Shown here: one piece after another, positions 9,772 to 19,852 of the stretch
Numbering within the stretch: the stretch's first letter is position 1
How the letters are laid out: every line of letters starts with the position of its first letter
From: an uncultured bacterium
GTDB taxonomy: Bacteria > Krumholzibacteriota > Krumholzibacteriia > LZORAL124-64-63
DNA length: 64,000 nucleotides
Assembly: GCA_963732385.1 (NCBI GenBank)
Contig: CAVSZB010000004.1
Span: forward strand, 160,001-224,000
Direction of reading: 5' to 3'
Position numbers and translations under genes: made by a program
The notes under the pieces: generated by a model
What the model saw: the letters and a program-made list of their open reading frames with translations, nothing else
Database searches by the model: none
What the model was told of the DNA's origin: nothing

Positions 9772-10476
9772 TTGGATAAGGATGCGCTCCGGCGCAGGAT
9801 CACCGATCTCATAGAGAGTGAACTCGCCGCGGTCGGGTATGAACTGCTCGATGTGCGACTGTTTACCGGCGGTGGCCGTCTGCACGTGCGGGTATTCTTG
9901 GATCGCGAGGGTGGGATCGGGCTGGATGGTTGTGTCGCGGCGGGCCGGACGATCGGAATGCTGCTCGAAGAGGCGGCGTTTCTCGGCGAGGCCTATGTGA
10001 TCGAAGCCTCGTCGCCCGGTGTGCGGCGACCTCTGCGACTGCCGGCGCATTTCGCGGCGGTGATCGGGCAGCGGATCGAGTTGCGCGTCGGCCGGGGGCG
10101 GCAGACGACGCGGCGCGGGGTGCTGCTGGAGGTCGGTCCGGAGGGGTTGCGCCTACGCGCCGAGGCCGGTCCGGCGGCGCCGACCGGGGACGACGAGGAA
10201 GCGGATGCGGCCGGGGCTGTGGGTGAGACACCGGTTTTGACGCCGGTCGTGCTCCCCGACACGCCAAAGGCGGCGGAGGCGCGGTCGGAGGAGACGGAGT
10301 TTACCGTGGCGTGGGATGAACTCGCCGCGGCGAACCTCGATCCTGATTTCGACATTCAGACGCTTATCAACGCCGACCGACGGCGTCGGCGGGACGAGCG
10401 CAAGACGCGGCAGGGCCAGGCCAGGGAGGCGCGGGAGGCGCGCCTGGCGCGAAGGCGGCGTCCCAGGGCGGAGTAG
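9772..10476 (+). CDS. rimP: Ribosome maturation factor RimP (with an acidic insertion and an Arg-rich tail)
   Basis: GYELLDV, LHVRVFLDREGGIGLDGC and YVIEASSPGVRRPL motifs; lies before nusA. TTG start inferred. Confidence 0.9.
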   Translation: MDKDALRRRITDLIESELAAVGYELLDVRLFTGGGRLHVRVFLDREGGIGLDGCVAAGRTIGMLLEEAAFLGEAYVIEASSPGVRRPLRLPAHFAAVIGQRIELRVGRGRQTTRRGVLLEVGPEGLRLRAEAGPAAPTGDDEEADAAGAVGETPVLTPVVLPDTPKAAEARSEETEFTVAWDELAAANLDPDFDIQTLINADRRRRRDERKTRQGQAREAREARLARRRRPRAE

Positions 10477-10531
10477 GGCGGCGCGGGCGGACCGTCCGTG
10501 GCGCGCGACAGTTTTACGGGAGCGGTGCCAG

Positions 10532-12049
10532 ATGGATTACAATGTCCTTGACGCCCTGGCGATGATCACGCGGGAGAAGTCCGTCGACCGCCGGATCGTC
10601 ATTGAATCGCTTGTGGCCGGCCTGCAGTCCGCCGCCAAGAAGAAGGTGGGGGCCGATGCCGTGGTCGATGCGCGTGTCGACGAAACCACCGGCGAGATGG
10701 TGGTCGAGCAGGTGAAAATCGTCGTGGAGCAGGTGGAGGTCGCCGACGCCCAGATCTCGCTGGCCGAAGCGCAGGTCGAATTCGGCGACCAGGTCCTGCC
10801 GGGCGACGAGGTGCGCTGGGAACTGCCGCTGGAGACTTTCGGCCGCAATGCGATCCTGGTTGCCAAGCAGATTCTCGTGCAGAAGGTGCGCGAGGCCGAG
10901 CGGAATCAGATCTTCGAGGACTTCAAGGATCGCGCCAACGAGATCGTGGTCGGCACGATCCAGCAGGTGGACCGCGGGAACGTGCTCGTGAACCTGGGCC
11001 GCGTGGAGGCTCTGCTGCCGTACCGCGAGCAGATCCGGGGCGAGAAGTACCACCAGGGCAAGACGGTCCGGGCTCTGATCATCGAAGTGCTGGACAACGC
11101 CAAGGGTCCGCAGGTCATCCTCTCGCGCAGCCACCCCGGGTTCCTGAAGTCGCTGTTCGCGCAGGAGGTGCCGGAGATCCAGGAGGGCATCGTCGAGATC
11201 AAGGCGGTGGCCCGCGAGCCGGGCACCCGTTCCAAGATCGCCGTCGTATCGCGCGATGACCGCGTGGACGCCGTCGGCTCGTGCGTCGGCATGAAGGGAA
11301 GCCGCGTGCAGGCGGTTACCCGTGAACTGGCCGGCGAGCGGATCGACATCGTGCCGTGGAGCGCCGAGCCGTCCCTGCTCATCAGCCGCGCGCTCAGCCC
11401 GGCCGAGGTCAGTTCGATCGTGCTGGACGAGGAGCGGCACTCCGCCACGGTCATCGTCAGCGACGACCAGCTTTCCAAGGCGATCGGCAAAGAGGGCAAG
11501 AATGTCCGCCTCGCCGCCAAGCTTACGGAGTGGAAGATCAACCTCGTCTCGGCCCGCGAGCATCACCTGCGCCAGCGGATCACGCAGGAGATGTCGATGG
11601 AGCTTGAGGAGATGTCGGGCGTGACCGCCCGCATCTCCGGGCTGCTGGGCGAGGCCGGCATCTCCACGATCGCGGAGTTGGCGGAGGCGACCATCGGGCA
11701 GCTCGAGGCTATACCCGGCATCGGCCCCAAGACGGCCGAAGCGCTCGCCGGCACGGCCCGCGCCACGCTGGACGAACTGCAGCAGCAGATCGAGGCGACC
11801 GTGAAGGAGGAGCTGGCCCGGCTGGCAGCCGAGGAGAAACCGCTCTTCGACGAGAGCGTCTTCAGCGGGAACGAGGTCGTCCCGGATGGCACTCCGGCCG
11901 AGCCGACCGGCCCGGAGGATGTCCCGATGCCCGAGGGGAATATCTTCGCGGGGTTCGATGAGCTGGTCGATCCCGAGGGTGAGCGCCCGGCCGACGAGCC
12001 GCCGGCGCCCAAGGTCGATCCGTTCGCCGGATCGGGCCTGGACGATTGA
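10532..12049 (+). CDS. nusA: Transcription termination/antitermination factor NusA
   Basis: FGRNAILVAKQ, S1 domain, AREPGTRSKIAV, GSCVGMKGSRV and AIGKEGKNVRLA; C-terminal HhH (IPGIGPKTAE). Confidence 0.97.
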   Translation: MDYNVLDALAMITREKSVDRRIVIESLVAGLQSAAKKKVGADAVVDARVDETTGEMVVEQVKIVVEQVEVADAQISLAEAQVEFGDQVLPGDEVRWELPLETFGRNAILVAKQILVQKVREAERNQIFEDFKDRANEIVVGTIQQVDRGNVLVNLGRVEALLPYREQIRGEKYHQGKTVRALIIEVLDNAKGPQVILSRSHPGFLKSLFAQEVPEIQEGIVEIKAVAREPGTRSKIAVVSRDDRVDAVGSCVGMKGSRVQAVTRELAGERIDIVPWSAEPSLLISRALSPAEVSSIVLDEERHSATVIVSDDQLSKAIGKEGKNVRLAAKLTEWKINLVSAREHHLRQRITQEMSMELEEMSGVTARISGLLGEAGISTIAELAEATIGQLEAIPGIGPKTAEALAGTARATLDELQQQIEATVKEELARLAAEEKPLFDESVFSGNEVVPDGTPAEPTGPEDVPMPEGNIFAGFDELVDPEGERPADEPPAPKVDPFAGSGLDD

Positions 12050-12059
12050 GCGCGCGGCC

Positions 12060-12386
12060 GTGACGGACGGAATCGGGCCCCGGCTGCTCGGCCTGTTGGG
12101 CCTGGCACGGCGGGCGGGGAAGCTCGCCGTGGGGACCTCGGCGGTGGAGCGGATGATCCACGAGGGTCGGCGGCCGCTGCTGATCATCGCGAGCGACGCC
12201 GGGGAGGGACCGCGGGCGCGGTTACTGCGCCTTGCGCCGGTGCGGGCGGTGCTCGCGGATGTCGTGAGCAGGGACGATCTGGCGATGGCGCTGGGACGCA
12301 AGGAATTGACGGTGGTCGCCGTGAGCGACCCGGACTTCGTGCAGGGGATCGAGCGGCTGGCCGGGGAGGCCGGCGGCCGGAGGTGA
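12060..12386 (+). CDS. L7Ae/L30e-family RNA-binding protein (YlxQ-like)
   Basis: LLGLLGLARRAGKLAVG, IIASDA and LAMALGR motifs; between nusA and infB. Confidence 0.85.
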   Translation: MTDGIGPRLLGLLGLARRAGKLAVGTSAVERMIHEGRRPLLIIASDAGEGPRARLLRLAPVRAVLADVVSRDDLAMALGRKELTVVAVSDPDFVQGIERLAGEAGGRR

Positions 12387-12392
12387 GCCGTC

Positions 12393-15257
12393 TTGGCGAG
12401 GAAGCTCAGAGTTTACGAACTCGCGAAGCACTACGGCGTGGAAAGCCCGACCATCATGGCCATCCTGCGCCAGATGAAGGCCGAGGCGAAGAGCCACATG
12501 AGCGTCGTCGAAGATGACGCGGTGGATCGCATCCACGCCCGCTTCCAACGCGAGCGAGAGCTGGCGCGGCTCAACTATGCCCGGGCCCACGGGCTGGATC
12601 CCGAGAAACTGAAGCATGTGGCCAGCCTGCGCGAGTTGCCGCGACCGGAGCCGGCCGTGCAGGAGGAGAAGGCGCCCCCGACAGCCAGGAAGGCGCCGGC
12701 CCGGAAGGCGCCCGCGAAGAACAAGATCGTCATCATCAAGAAGGCAGGCACGCGCACGGCCGTGACGCTGGCGAAGGCCAAGGCTCGCGAGCGTGACGAG
12801 ACGTCGGCTGCCGAGCGGTCGGCGGCGCGCGATACGAAGGTCGTCAAGAAACTGGTGCGACGTTCGCTGGATCCGCCTCCACCGCCTCCCACGCCGGCGC
12901 CTCCCGAGATCGCCGTGGTCCCTGATTCGCCGGCCCCGGCGTCCGAGGCGACGACCGTCGCCGCGGCGCCGGACATGCCGGTGGATCCGGAGGCCCCGTT
13001 CGCGCCGCCGGTCGAGGCCGCGCCCGAAGTCGCCGCGTCCGAGACGCCTGCGGTCGGCGATGAGTCGGTTGCGACCGCGCCGACGGACGTTCCGGCCGAG
13101 CCGGCCAAGCCGGCGACTCCGGTCCGACGCGGCGCCCGGATCGTCCGCCTCGGCCCTGGGGCGCCCACCAAGACGACGTACAGCCACCCGCGGGCGGCGT
13201 TGATCGATCCGGGCGTGTCGGGTGAATTGCCGGTGCCGGGCGAGGTTGCCGCGGCCGGGTTGGGCAAGGACGCCAAGGATTCCGTGAAGGAATCGGTCAA
13301 GGCTGCCATCCGCAAGCGGAAGGATGCCAAGGCCCAGGAAGAGGCGGAGCAGGTCCTGCGCAAGCGGGTCCGGCATCGCCGCAAGAAGATCGACGAGGCC
13401 GAGGTCGCCAAGAACGTCAAGCAGACGCTGGCGCAGATCGAGACCGGTCCGGGGCGTCGCCATCGGGCTCGCCGGTCGGATCAGGCGGAAGAGACGGTTG
13501 AAGAGGGAGATCTGTTGCGCGTGACCGAGTTCATCACTGTCCAGCAGATGGCCGAGAAGCTGGAGGTGCAGGCTCGCGACGTGATCGGCAAGCTGTTCGC
13601 GCTCGGCATAATGGCCACGATCAACCAGCGGCTTGACCACGACCAGATCGAGCTGGTGGCGTCGGAGTTCGAACGCGACGTCGAGTTTCTCGGCGAGGAT
13701 GACGAGATCCTGGCGGAGGAGGAGATCCAGCCCGAGGATCTGGTTCACCGCGCACCGGTAGTGACGGTCATGGGGCACGTCGACCACGGCAAGACGTCGT
13801 TGCTCGACACCATCCGTCGTACCAACGTGATCGCCGGCGAGGTGGGCGGCATCACGCAGCACATTGGCGCCTACCGCGTGGAAACACCGGGCGGGCCGAT
13901 CACCTTCCTCGACACGCCGGGCCACGAGGCCTTCACCGCGATGCGCGCCCGCGGCGCCCAGGTGACCGATATCGTCATCCTGGTGGTGGCGGCCGACGAC
14001 CGGATTATGCCGCAGACGGTCGAGGCGATCAATCATGCCAAGGCTGCCGGGGTGCCGCTTATCGTCGCCATCAACAAGATCGACCTGCCGTCGGCGCGCC
14101 CCGAGCTCGTGAAGCAGGACCTGCTGCAGCACGGCATTGTCCTGGAGGACTTCGGCGGCCAGGCGCTCAGCGCCGAGATCTCGGCCAAGAAGAACATCAA
14201 CGTGGACAAGCTGCTCGATCTCGTGCACCTGCAGGCGGATGTGCTCGAACTCAGGGCGAGTCCCAAGGGCCACGCGCGCGGCACGGTCGTGGAGGCTTCC
14301 AAGGAACCGGGTCGCGGCGTCCTCTTCACTGTGCTGATCGACAAGGGCACGCTGAAGGTCGGGGACAATTTCGTGTCCGGGATGCAGGACGGCAAGGTGC
14401 GTGCGCTGCATGACGAGCGCGGTGACGCCCTGCAGGAGGTCGGTCCGGGTGAGCCGGCGGTCATCATGGGCGCCAACGATGTGCCTGAGGCCGGCGACCG
14501 TTTCAATGTTGTCGAGAGCGAGCGCGAGGCCCGGGACATCGCCACGCGGCGCCGCACCCTGCAACGGCAGCAACAGCAGGCGCGGCCCAAGCGTCAGGTC
14601 AACCTGGACAACCTCGCCGCCATGATCAGCAGCCAGGCGCTCAAGGAATTGCCCATCATCGTCAAGGGCGATGTGGCCGGTTCCGTGGAGGCCCTCTGCG
14701 ATCAGTTGATGCAGCTGAACACGGAAGAGGTCCAGATCAAGATCGTCCACAAGGCGGTGGGCGCGGTCACGGAATCGGATGTCCTGCTGGCCGCGAACAC
14801 GGGCGCGATGATCGTCGGGTTCCATCTGCGTCCCGGCTCGACCGTGCGCGAGAAGGCGAAGCAGGAGGGGGTGACGATCGAGGTCTTCGACATCATCTAC
14901 GAGGCCGTCGACACCCTGAAGAAGGCGATGGCCGGCCTGCTCGGCACGATCGAGCGCGAGGTGCCCACCGGCTCGGCGGAGGTCCGTATGGTCTTCACCA
15001 TCCCGAAGACCGGCCAGATCGCCGGCTCGTACGTCACCAACGGTTCGATCCTGCGCAACTCTCGGGCGCGACTGGTGCGCAGCGAGGTCATGATCTTCGA
15101 GGGCAAGATCAACTCGCTGAAGCGGTTCAAGGACGACGCGCGCGAAGTCCAGACCGGCTTCGAGTGCGGTATCGGACTCGAGAACTTCCACGACCTGCAG
15201 CCCGGGGACGTCATCGAGACCTACCGCATCGAGGAGATCGTCCGCACCGAGTTGTAG
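12393..15257 (+). CDS. infB: Translation initiation factor IF-2
   Basis: RVYELAK N-terminus; [20 protein letters not shown] and [12 protein letters not shown]. Confidence 0.98.
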   Translation: MARKLRVYELAKHYGVESPTIMAILRQMKAEAKSHMSVVEDDAVDRIHARFQRERELARLNYARAHGLDPEKLKHVASLRELPRPEPAVQEEKAPPTARKAPARKAPAKNKIVIIKKAGTRTAVTLAKAKARERDETSAAERSAARDTKVVKKLVRRSLDPPPPPPTPAPPEIAVVPDSPAPASEATTVAAAPDMPVDPEAPFAPPVEAAPEVAASETPAVGDESVATAPTDVPAEPAKPATPVRRGARIVRLGPGAPTKTTYSHPRAALIDPGVSGELPVPGEVAAAGLGKDAKDSVKESVKAAIRKRKDAKAQEEAEQVLRKRVRHRRKKIDEAEVAKNVKQTLAQIETGPGRRHRARRSDQAEETVEEGDLLRVTEFITVQQMAEKLEVQARDVIGKLFALGIMATINQRLDHDQIELVASEFERDVEFLGEDDEILAEEEIQPEDLVHRAPVVTVMGHVDHGKTSLLDTIRRTNVIAGEVGGITQHIGAYRVETPGGPITFLDTPGHEAFTAMRARGAQVTDIVILVVAADDRIMPQTVEAINHAKAAGVPLIVAINKIDLPSARPELVKQDLLQHGIVLEDFGGQALSAEISAKKNINVDKLLDLVHLQADVLELRASPKGHARGTVVEASKEPGRGVLFTVLIDKGTLKVGDNFVSGMQDGKVRALHDERGDALQEVGPGEPAVIMGANDVPEAGDRFNVVESEREARDIATRRRTLQRQQQQARPKRQVNLDNLAAMISSQALKELPIIVKGDVAGSVEALCDQLMQLNTEEVQIKIVHKAVGAVTESDVLLAANTGAMIVGFHLRPGSTVREKAKQEGVTIEVFDIIYEAVDTLKKAMAGLLGTIEREVPTGSAEVRMVFTIPKTGQIAGSYVTNGSILRNSRARLVRSEVMIFEGKINSLKRFKDDAREVQTGFECGIGLENFHDLQPGDVIETYRIEEIVRTEL

Positions 15258-15269
15258 GCGGGGGCGGCC

Positions 15270-16676
15270 ATGACGACGAGTCCTTACAAAGGCGTGAAAC
15301 TCAACGCCTCGATCCACAAGACCCTGGCCGAGCTGTTGCAGCAGTCGGCCAAGGACCCGCGACTCGAAATGGTCTCGATCGTCAGCGTGGAGCTGAACCG
15401 GGACCGTTCGGTGGCCAAGGTATTCTGGTCCACTCTCGGCGCCGACGGTGAGCGCGAAGCCTGCGCGAAGGCCCTGAGGCGGGCGCGCGGTTTCCTGCAG
15501 AGCCGCCTCGGCGACATCCTCCGGCTGCGCGAGACCCCCGAACTGCGCTTCTACCCGGACGAAACGCTCGATCGCAGCCTGGGCGTGGACGAGGTGCTGC
15601 GCGAACTGGCCACCCGGGGCGAGTTCGAAGACGAGGCGGCTCGTCGACGTCGGCTCGTGCTGGCCGATCTGGTCCCGCCCGCCGACCTGCTCGCCGCGCT
15701 GCGCCGGGCGGAGCGGCTCTGGCTCGTGCCCCACTGGAACCCCGATCCTGATGCGATGGGGGCCTGCCTCGCCCTCGCCGGCGCTCTGCACGCCCTGGGC
15801 AAGGAGGTGCGGGTGTTCTCCTACCCCGATCCGCCGGCAGGGTTCGCCGCGCTGCCGGGCCATCCCCGGCGGACCACACCGGCCGCGGAGGCCGCCGGTC
15901 TGCTGCTGTCCGCTCCGCCCGACACGCTGCTGATGCTCGACTGCCACCGGCGTGAGCGGGCCGAACCGCTGGCCGACGTGCTCGCGCACGTGGCAAACGC
16001 CTGGACCATCGACCACCACCTCACGAGCGGACGGCGGCAGGCGCTGCCGGGCTGGATCGAGCCGGTGGCGGATTCGACCTGCACTCTGGTCTACCGGGTG
16101 ATCGAGGAGCTGGCGCGCGGCGATGCGGCGGGTGACGGCGGCTTCACGCCCGATCCCGGCATGCTGACGAACATCTACGCGGGGATCGTGAACGACACCG
16201 GAGGTTTCCGCTTCCCGAGCACCCTGCCGCTCACCTTCGAACTCGCCCATACCCTCGCCCGTGCCGGGGTGGACACCGCCGCCGTGACCGAGGCGACCCT
16301 GCATCGTCGCTCCCGCGCGGCCACCGCCCTGCTGCAGAAGGTGCTCGCCAGCTACACGTACCACGCCCGCGGCCGGGTTCTCACCCTGCGCGCGGATCTC
16401 GCGATGCTGGCCGAGACGGGGGCCGTGGCGGCCGACACCGAGGGGATGCTCATGCTGGCAAGCGCCGTCGAGGGGGTGGCGTTCGTGGTCTTCCTCAAGC
16501 AGATCGAAGCGGATCGCTGGCGCGCCTCCCTGCGTGCCCCCGGCGGTGGCGACGTGCAGATTGCCGCCGCCCGCTTCGGCGGCGGCGGACACCGGGCGGC
16601 GGCCGGCTGCACGCTGGTCGGCGAACCGGACGCCCTGGAGCGCGAACTGGTGGACGCTCTCCTGGAGCAGTTGTAG
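15270..16676 (+). CDS. rbfA: Fusion of ribosome-binding factor A and a DHH/DHHA1 (NrnA-like) phosphoesterase
   Basis: First ~120 aa: KDPRL, VELNRDRSVAKVFW, LRLRETPELRFYPD (RbfA). Remainder: H.NPDPDAMG, IDHH, DTGGF, GGGH (DHH/DHHA1). One uninterrupted frame. Confidence 0.88.
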   Translation: MTTSPYKGVKLNASIHKTLAELLQQSAKDPRLEMVSIVSVELNRDRSVAKVFWSTLGADGEREACAKALRRARGFLQSRLGDILRLRETPELRFYPDETLDRSLGVDEVLRELATRGEFEDEAARRRRLVLADLVPPADLLAALRRAERLWLVPHWNPDPDAMGACLALAGALHALGKEVRVFSYPDPPAGFAALPGHPRRTTPAAEAAGLLLSAPPDTLLMLDCHRRERAEPLADVLAHVANAWTIDHHLTSGRRQALPGWIEPVADSTCTLVYRVIEELARGDAAGDGGFTPDPGMLTNIYAGIVNDTGGFRFPSTLPLTFELAHTLARAGVDTAAVTEATLHRRSRAATALLQKVLASYTYHARGRVLTLRADLAMLAETGAVAADTEGMLMLASAVEGVAFVVFLKQIEADRWRASLRAPGGGDVQIAAARFGGGGHRAAAGCTLVGEPDALERELVDALLEQL

Positions 16677-17744
16677 GTGGCATTACGCGACGGTGTCCTG
16701 CTGCTGGACAAGCCGGCCGGCCCGACCTCCTTCCAGACCGTGGCGATCGCGCGCGGGGTGCTCAGGGCCGCCTGGGGCGGACCGCGGCCGCGTGTCGGGC
16801 ATGCCGGCAGCCTCGATCCGCTCGCCACCGGGCTGCTCTTGGTGATGGTCGGCGCCGCGACCCGCCTGTCGCCCTGGCTCATGGGGCTCGACAAAACCTA
16901 TCTCCTGACCGCCCGCTTCGGTGTCGGCACCGATACGCTCGATGCCGACGGAGCCGTGACCGGGCGTCTGCCGGTCGACCGCGGCCCGGAGGCGCTGACC
17001 GCCGCCCTGGCCCGCTTCCGCGGCGGGATCGACCAGGTGCCGCCGGCCTATTCGGCGCTCAAACGGGACGGCGAACGCCTGTACAAGCTGGCGCGTGAGG
17101 GACGCGAATTGCCGGAATTGACGCCACGGCGGGTGCGGATCGACCGGCTGGACTTGCTGGCGACGCGCTGGGGCGTCACACCTGACCGGGTGGACGCGCC
17201 GCCCGCTCCGGCGTTGCCTGCCGTCTCTGCCGAGATGGACGCCGGTTTGCCGCGGCCGTCTGACTGCCTGATTTACGAGGCCGATCTCGTGGTCGATTGC
17301 ACCAGCGGTACCTATGTGCGGGCCCTCGTGCGCGACCTTGCCGCCTTCCTCGGCACGCTCGGGCACGTACGCCGCCTGCGCCGGGAGCGGGTGGGCCCGT
17401 TCGTTGTGACCGACGCCGTCCCGCCCGACGCGCTGCGCGACGCCGCGGCGCTGGTCGGTGGTCTGCGCGCTCCGGCCGCCGGGATAGCGCACCTGCCGGA
17501 GGTGCGACTGCGCGTGGAAGAGGCGCGGGCGGTGCGCCACGGCGCGGCGCCCGAGCCGGCCTGGCTGGCGCGGTTGGGGCGGGCGCCGTGGGAGGATCCC
17601 AAGAGCGGCGACCAGTTCTTCACGCTGCTGGACGAGGCGGGAGAGTTGGCGGCGGTCGTCACGCGTCGCGCCAGCGGCGGGGCTCTGCGCCTGGCGGCGG
17701 TGTTTGCCGCAGCCGGTGCTCCGGATCGGGGGAGGGCGGCGTGA
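16677..17744 (+). CDS. truB: tRNA pseudouridine(55) synthase TruB
   Basis: LLDKPAGPTS, VGHAGSLDPLATG, QVPPAYSALK and SGTYVRAL. Confidence 0.95.
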   Translation: MALRDGVLLLDKPAGPTSFQTVAIARGVLRAAWGGPRPRVGHAGSLDPLATGLLLVMVGAATRLSPWLMGLDKTYLLTARFGVGTDTLDADGAVTGRLPVDRGPEALTAALARFRGGIDQVPPAYSALKRDGERLYKLAREGRELPELTPRRVRIDRLDLLATRWGVTPDRVDAPPAPALPAVSAEMDAGLPRPSDCLIYEADLVVDCTSGTYVRALVRDLAAFLGTLGHVRRLRRERVGPFVVTDAVPPDALRDAAALVGGLRAPAAGIAHLPEVRLRVEEARAVRHGAAPEPAWLARLGRAPWEDPKSGDQFFTLLDEAGELAAVVTRRASGGALRLAAVFAAAGAPDRGRAA

Positions 17745-18826
17745 AGCTGATCCACCTGACCGGGACGACGATCGACGAACTGCTCGGCGGCCGGCTCGAT
17801 GGTCGGCATCCCGACGCCGCCCCCTGTGCCCTCTCGCTCGGCGCGTTCGACGGCCTGCACCTCGGCCACCGGCGGCTGATCGCAACGGTGCGCGAGGCGC
17901 AGGCGCGGCTCGGTCTGCCGGTCAGCGCGCTGTTCACTTTCCGCCATCACCCACGGCAGTTGCTCGATCCGGACGGGGCGCCGGCGCTGTTGACGCCGTG
18001 GCGCGAGCGGCTGGCGCTGCTGGACGGGCTCGGTCTCGATCTCCTGGTTGCCGCCGACTTCTGTCCCGCCCTCGCGCGCACGCCGTACGACGACTTCGTG
18101 CGCCTGTTTCTCGTGGGGCATCTTGGCCTGCGTTACATGGTGGCGGGCCACGACGTGCATCTCGGCGCCGGACGGGGCGGTAACGCCGCCACCCTGGCGG
18201 CGCTCGGTCCGGTGCTCGGCTACGGCTTCGAGGAGGTGCCGGTCCTCGAGGTGGACGGGCGGGTCGTCAGCAGTTCCGTCATCCGCCGCTGTCTTGCCGC
18301 CGGCGACGTGGCGGACGCAGCCGTCCTGCTCGGTCGCCCTTACGCGCTCTGGGGCGAGGTGGGTCCCGGCGACGGTCGTGGCGACACCATCGGTTTCCCA
18401 ACCGCCAACATCACTCCGTTCGAAGCGCAAAAACTCCTGCCGGCGCCCGGAGTCTACGCCGTCCGGGTGCTGGTGCCGGCTGATCTCGCGGCTCGCGGCG
18501 CGGCGTGGGGGGCCGACTCCGTTGTACGCGCGACCCCCCCCTCCACGGCGGCGGGTGACGAGTACGTTGTCGGTCCCGCGACCGCCTGGCGCAGCCTGCC
18601 CGGCATGCTGAATTACGGCTGTGCTCCGACCTTCCACGCCGGCGGTCTCGATCGTCCCCGGGTCGAGGCGCACCTGTTCGACTTCGCGGGCGACCTGCGC
18701 GGACGCACCGTGCGCATCGATTGGATCGCCCGTCTGCGCGACGAGCGCCGATTCCCCGGCGTCGACGCTCTCGTCGCCCAGCTTGCCCACGACCGCGAGG
18801 CGGCCCTGCGCGCGCTCATCGACTGA
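17741..18826 (+). CDS. ribF: Bifunctional riboflavin kinase/FAD synthetase
   Basis: GAFDGLHLGH, VSSSVIR, GFPTANI, EAHLFDF and RLRDERRF; GTGA overlap with truB. Confidence 0.93.
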   Translation: MKLIHLTGTTIDELLGGRLDGRHPDAAPCALSLGAFDGLHLGHRRLIATVREAQARLGLPVSALFTFRHHPRQLLDPDGAPALLTPWRERLALLDGLGLDLLVAADFCPALARTPYDDFVRLFLVGHLGLRYMVAGHDVHLGAGRGGNAATLAALGPVLGYGFEEVPVLEVDGRVVSSSVIRRCLAAGDVADAAVLLGRPYALWGEVGPGDGRGDTIGFPTANITPFEAQKLLPAPGVYAVRVLVPADLAARGAAWGADSVVRATPPSTAAGDEYVVGPATAWRSLPGMLNYGCAPTFHAGGLDRPRVEAHLFDFAGDLRGRTVRIDWIARLRDERRFPGVDALVAQLAHDREAALRALID

Positions 18827-18856
18827 CGCTCTTCCATCGCCCGCACATTTTCTCGT

Positions 18857-19852
18857 CTATAGGTCGGCGATCGCGATTTCGCGCCGTTGGCGGTGGGATC
18901 GGTAGCAGGCGGCGACGATTTCCAGGGTGCGCAGGCCGTCCTGCGCCGTGACCGGCGGCGCGGGGCGCCGCAGGTCGCGCGCGTTGGCGAGCCAGTCGCC
19001 CAGCACGAGCGGCAGGGTGGGGGAGGCGGCCGACACGTCGTCCGTCGTTATCTCGCGCCCCCGGATGACGCGCAGACCGCCGAACTGGTAGTCGGCCAGA
19101 AGCTGACCCTCCTCGCCGACCGCTTCGAGCAGACAGCCGCGCGTACGGCCGAACTTGCTCACCTCGAAGGAGACCAGCGTGCCATCGTCGAGTTCGGCGC
19201 GGGCAAGGAAGAGATCCTCGCAGGCGTGGTTGCGCCAGCTTCGCTGGCGGGAGTCCACGGCGACCACTTCACGGCCGGTGAGGAACCGCGCCAGATCGAA
19301 GATGTGCACGCCGGTCAGCAGGACCGAGCCGCCGCCCGCCGTCGCCGGATCCTGCTGCCAGGCGAGCGCTGTCGGCTCGAGCCGTTGCGCCAGGCGCACG
19401 AGACGCACCGGGCCGAGCGTCGGCCAGAGCTGTCGCGCGCGCCGCACCACCGGATTCCAGCGCAGGGTCTGGGCGAGCATGAGGGGCGGGGCGCCGCTCG
19501 CCGTGCCGTCGGCGTCGAGCCGCGCGAGGGCGCGCGCCTCGTCGAGGGTGGCGGTGAGCGGCTTTTCGAGCAGCAGCGGCTTGCCGGCCGCCAGCACCGC
19601 GCGCGCGAGTTCGAAGTGCGAGGAGGGGGGCGTGGCCACGATTACACCATCGACGTCGGCGGCGTCGATCAGGCGCGCCGCGTCGGCCTCGTAGCGAACG
19701 CCGGTTTCCCGCGCGAGCGCCTCGCCGGCTGCGCGGTCGCGCCGGCAGAGGGCGGTGGGGCGCAGCCCCGGCACGTCGCCGAGCGCGTGCCGGAGGTAGC
19801 GCCCCCCGTGAACGCCGGCGCCGATGACGCCGACACGCAGCGGTGTCGCCAT
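18857..19852 (-). CDS. Gfo/Idh/MocA-family NAD(P)-dependent oxidoreductase
   Basis: LRVGVIGAG, VATPPSSH, LLEKP and GGGSVLLTGVHIFD. Confidence 0.9.
   Translation of the reverse strand: MATPLRVGVIGAGVHGGRYLRHALGDVPGLRPTALCRRDRAAGEALARETGVRYEADAARLIDAADVDGVIVATPPSSHFELARAVLAAGKPLLLEKPLTATLDEARALARLDADGTASGAPPLMLAQTLRWNPVVRRARQLWPTLGPVRLVRLAQRLEPTALAWQQDPATAGGGSVLLTGVHIFDLARFLTGREVVAVDSRQRSWRNHACEDLFLARAELDDGTLVSFEVSKFGRTRGCLLEAVGEEGQLLADYQFGGLRVIRGREITTDDVSAASPTLPLVLGDWLANARDLRRPAPPVTAQDGLRTLEIVAACYRSHRQRREIAIADL

Noticed and set aside
12669..12720. [10 protein letters not shown] repeat in IF-2
   Set aside because: Low-complexity basic repeats are normal in the variable IF-2 N-terminal region.
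12222..16592. 1456-aa minus-strand ORF, and similar long antisense ORFs (3742-6327, 23336-26479, 26319-28361, 57558-59669, 58910-61144)
   Set aside because: They lie antisense to well-supported genes and show no recognisable motifs. Such shadow ORFs are expected from high-GC codon bias.
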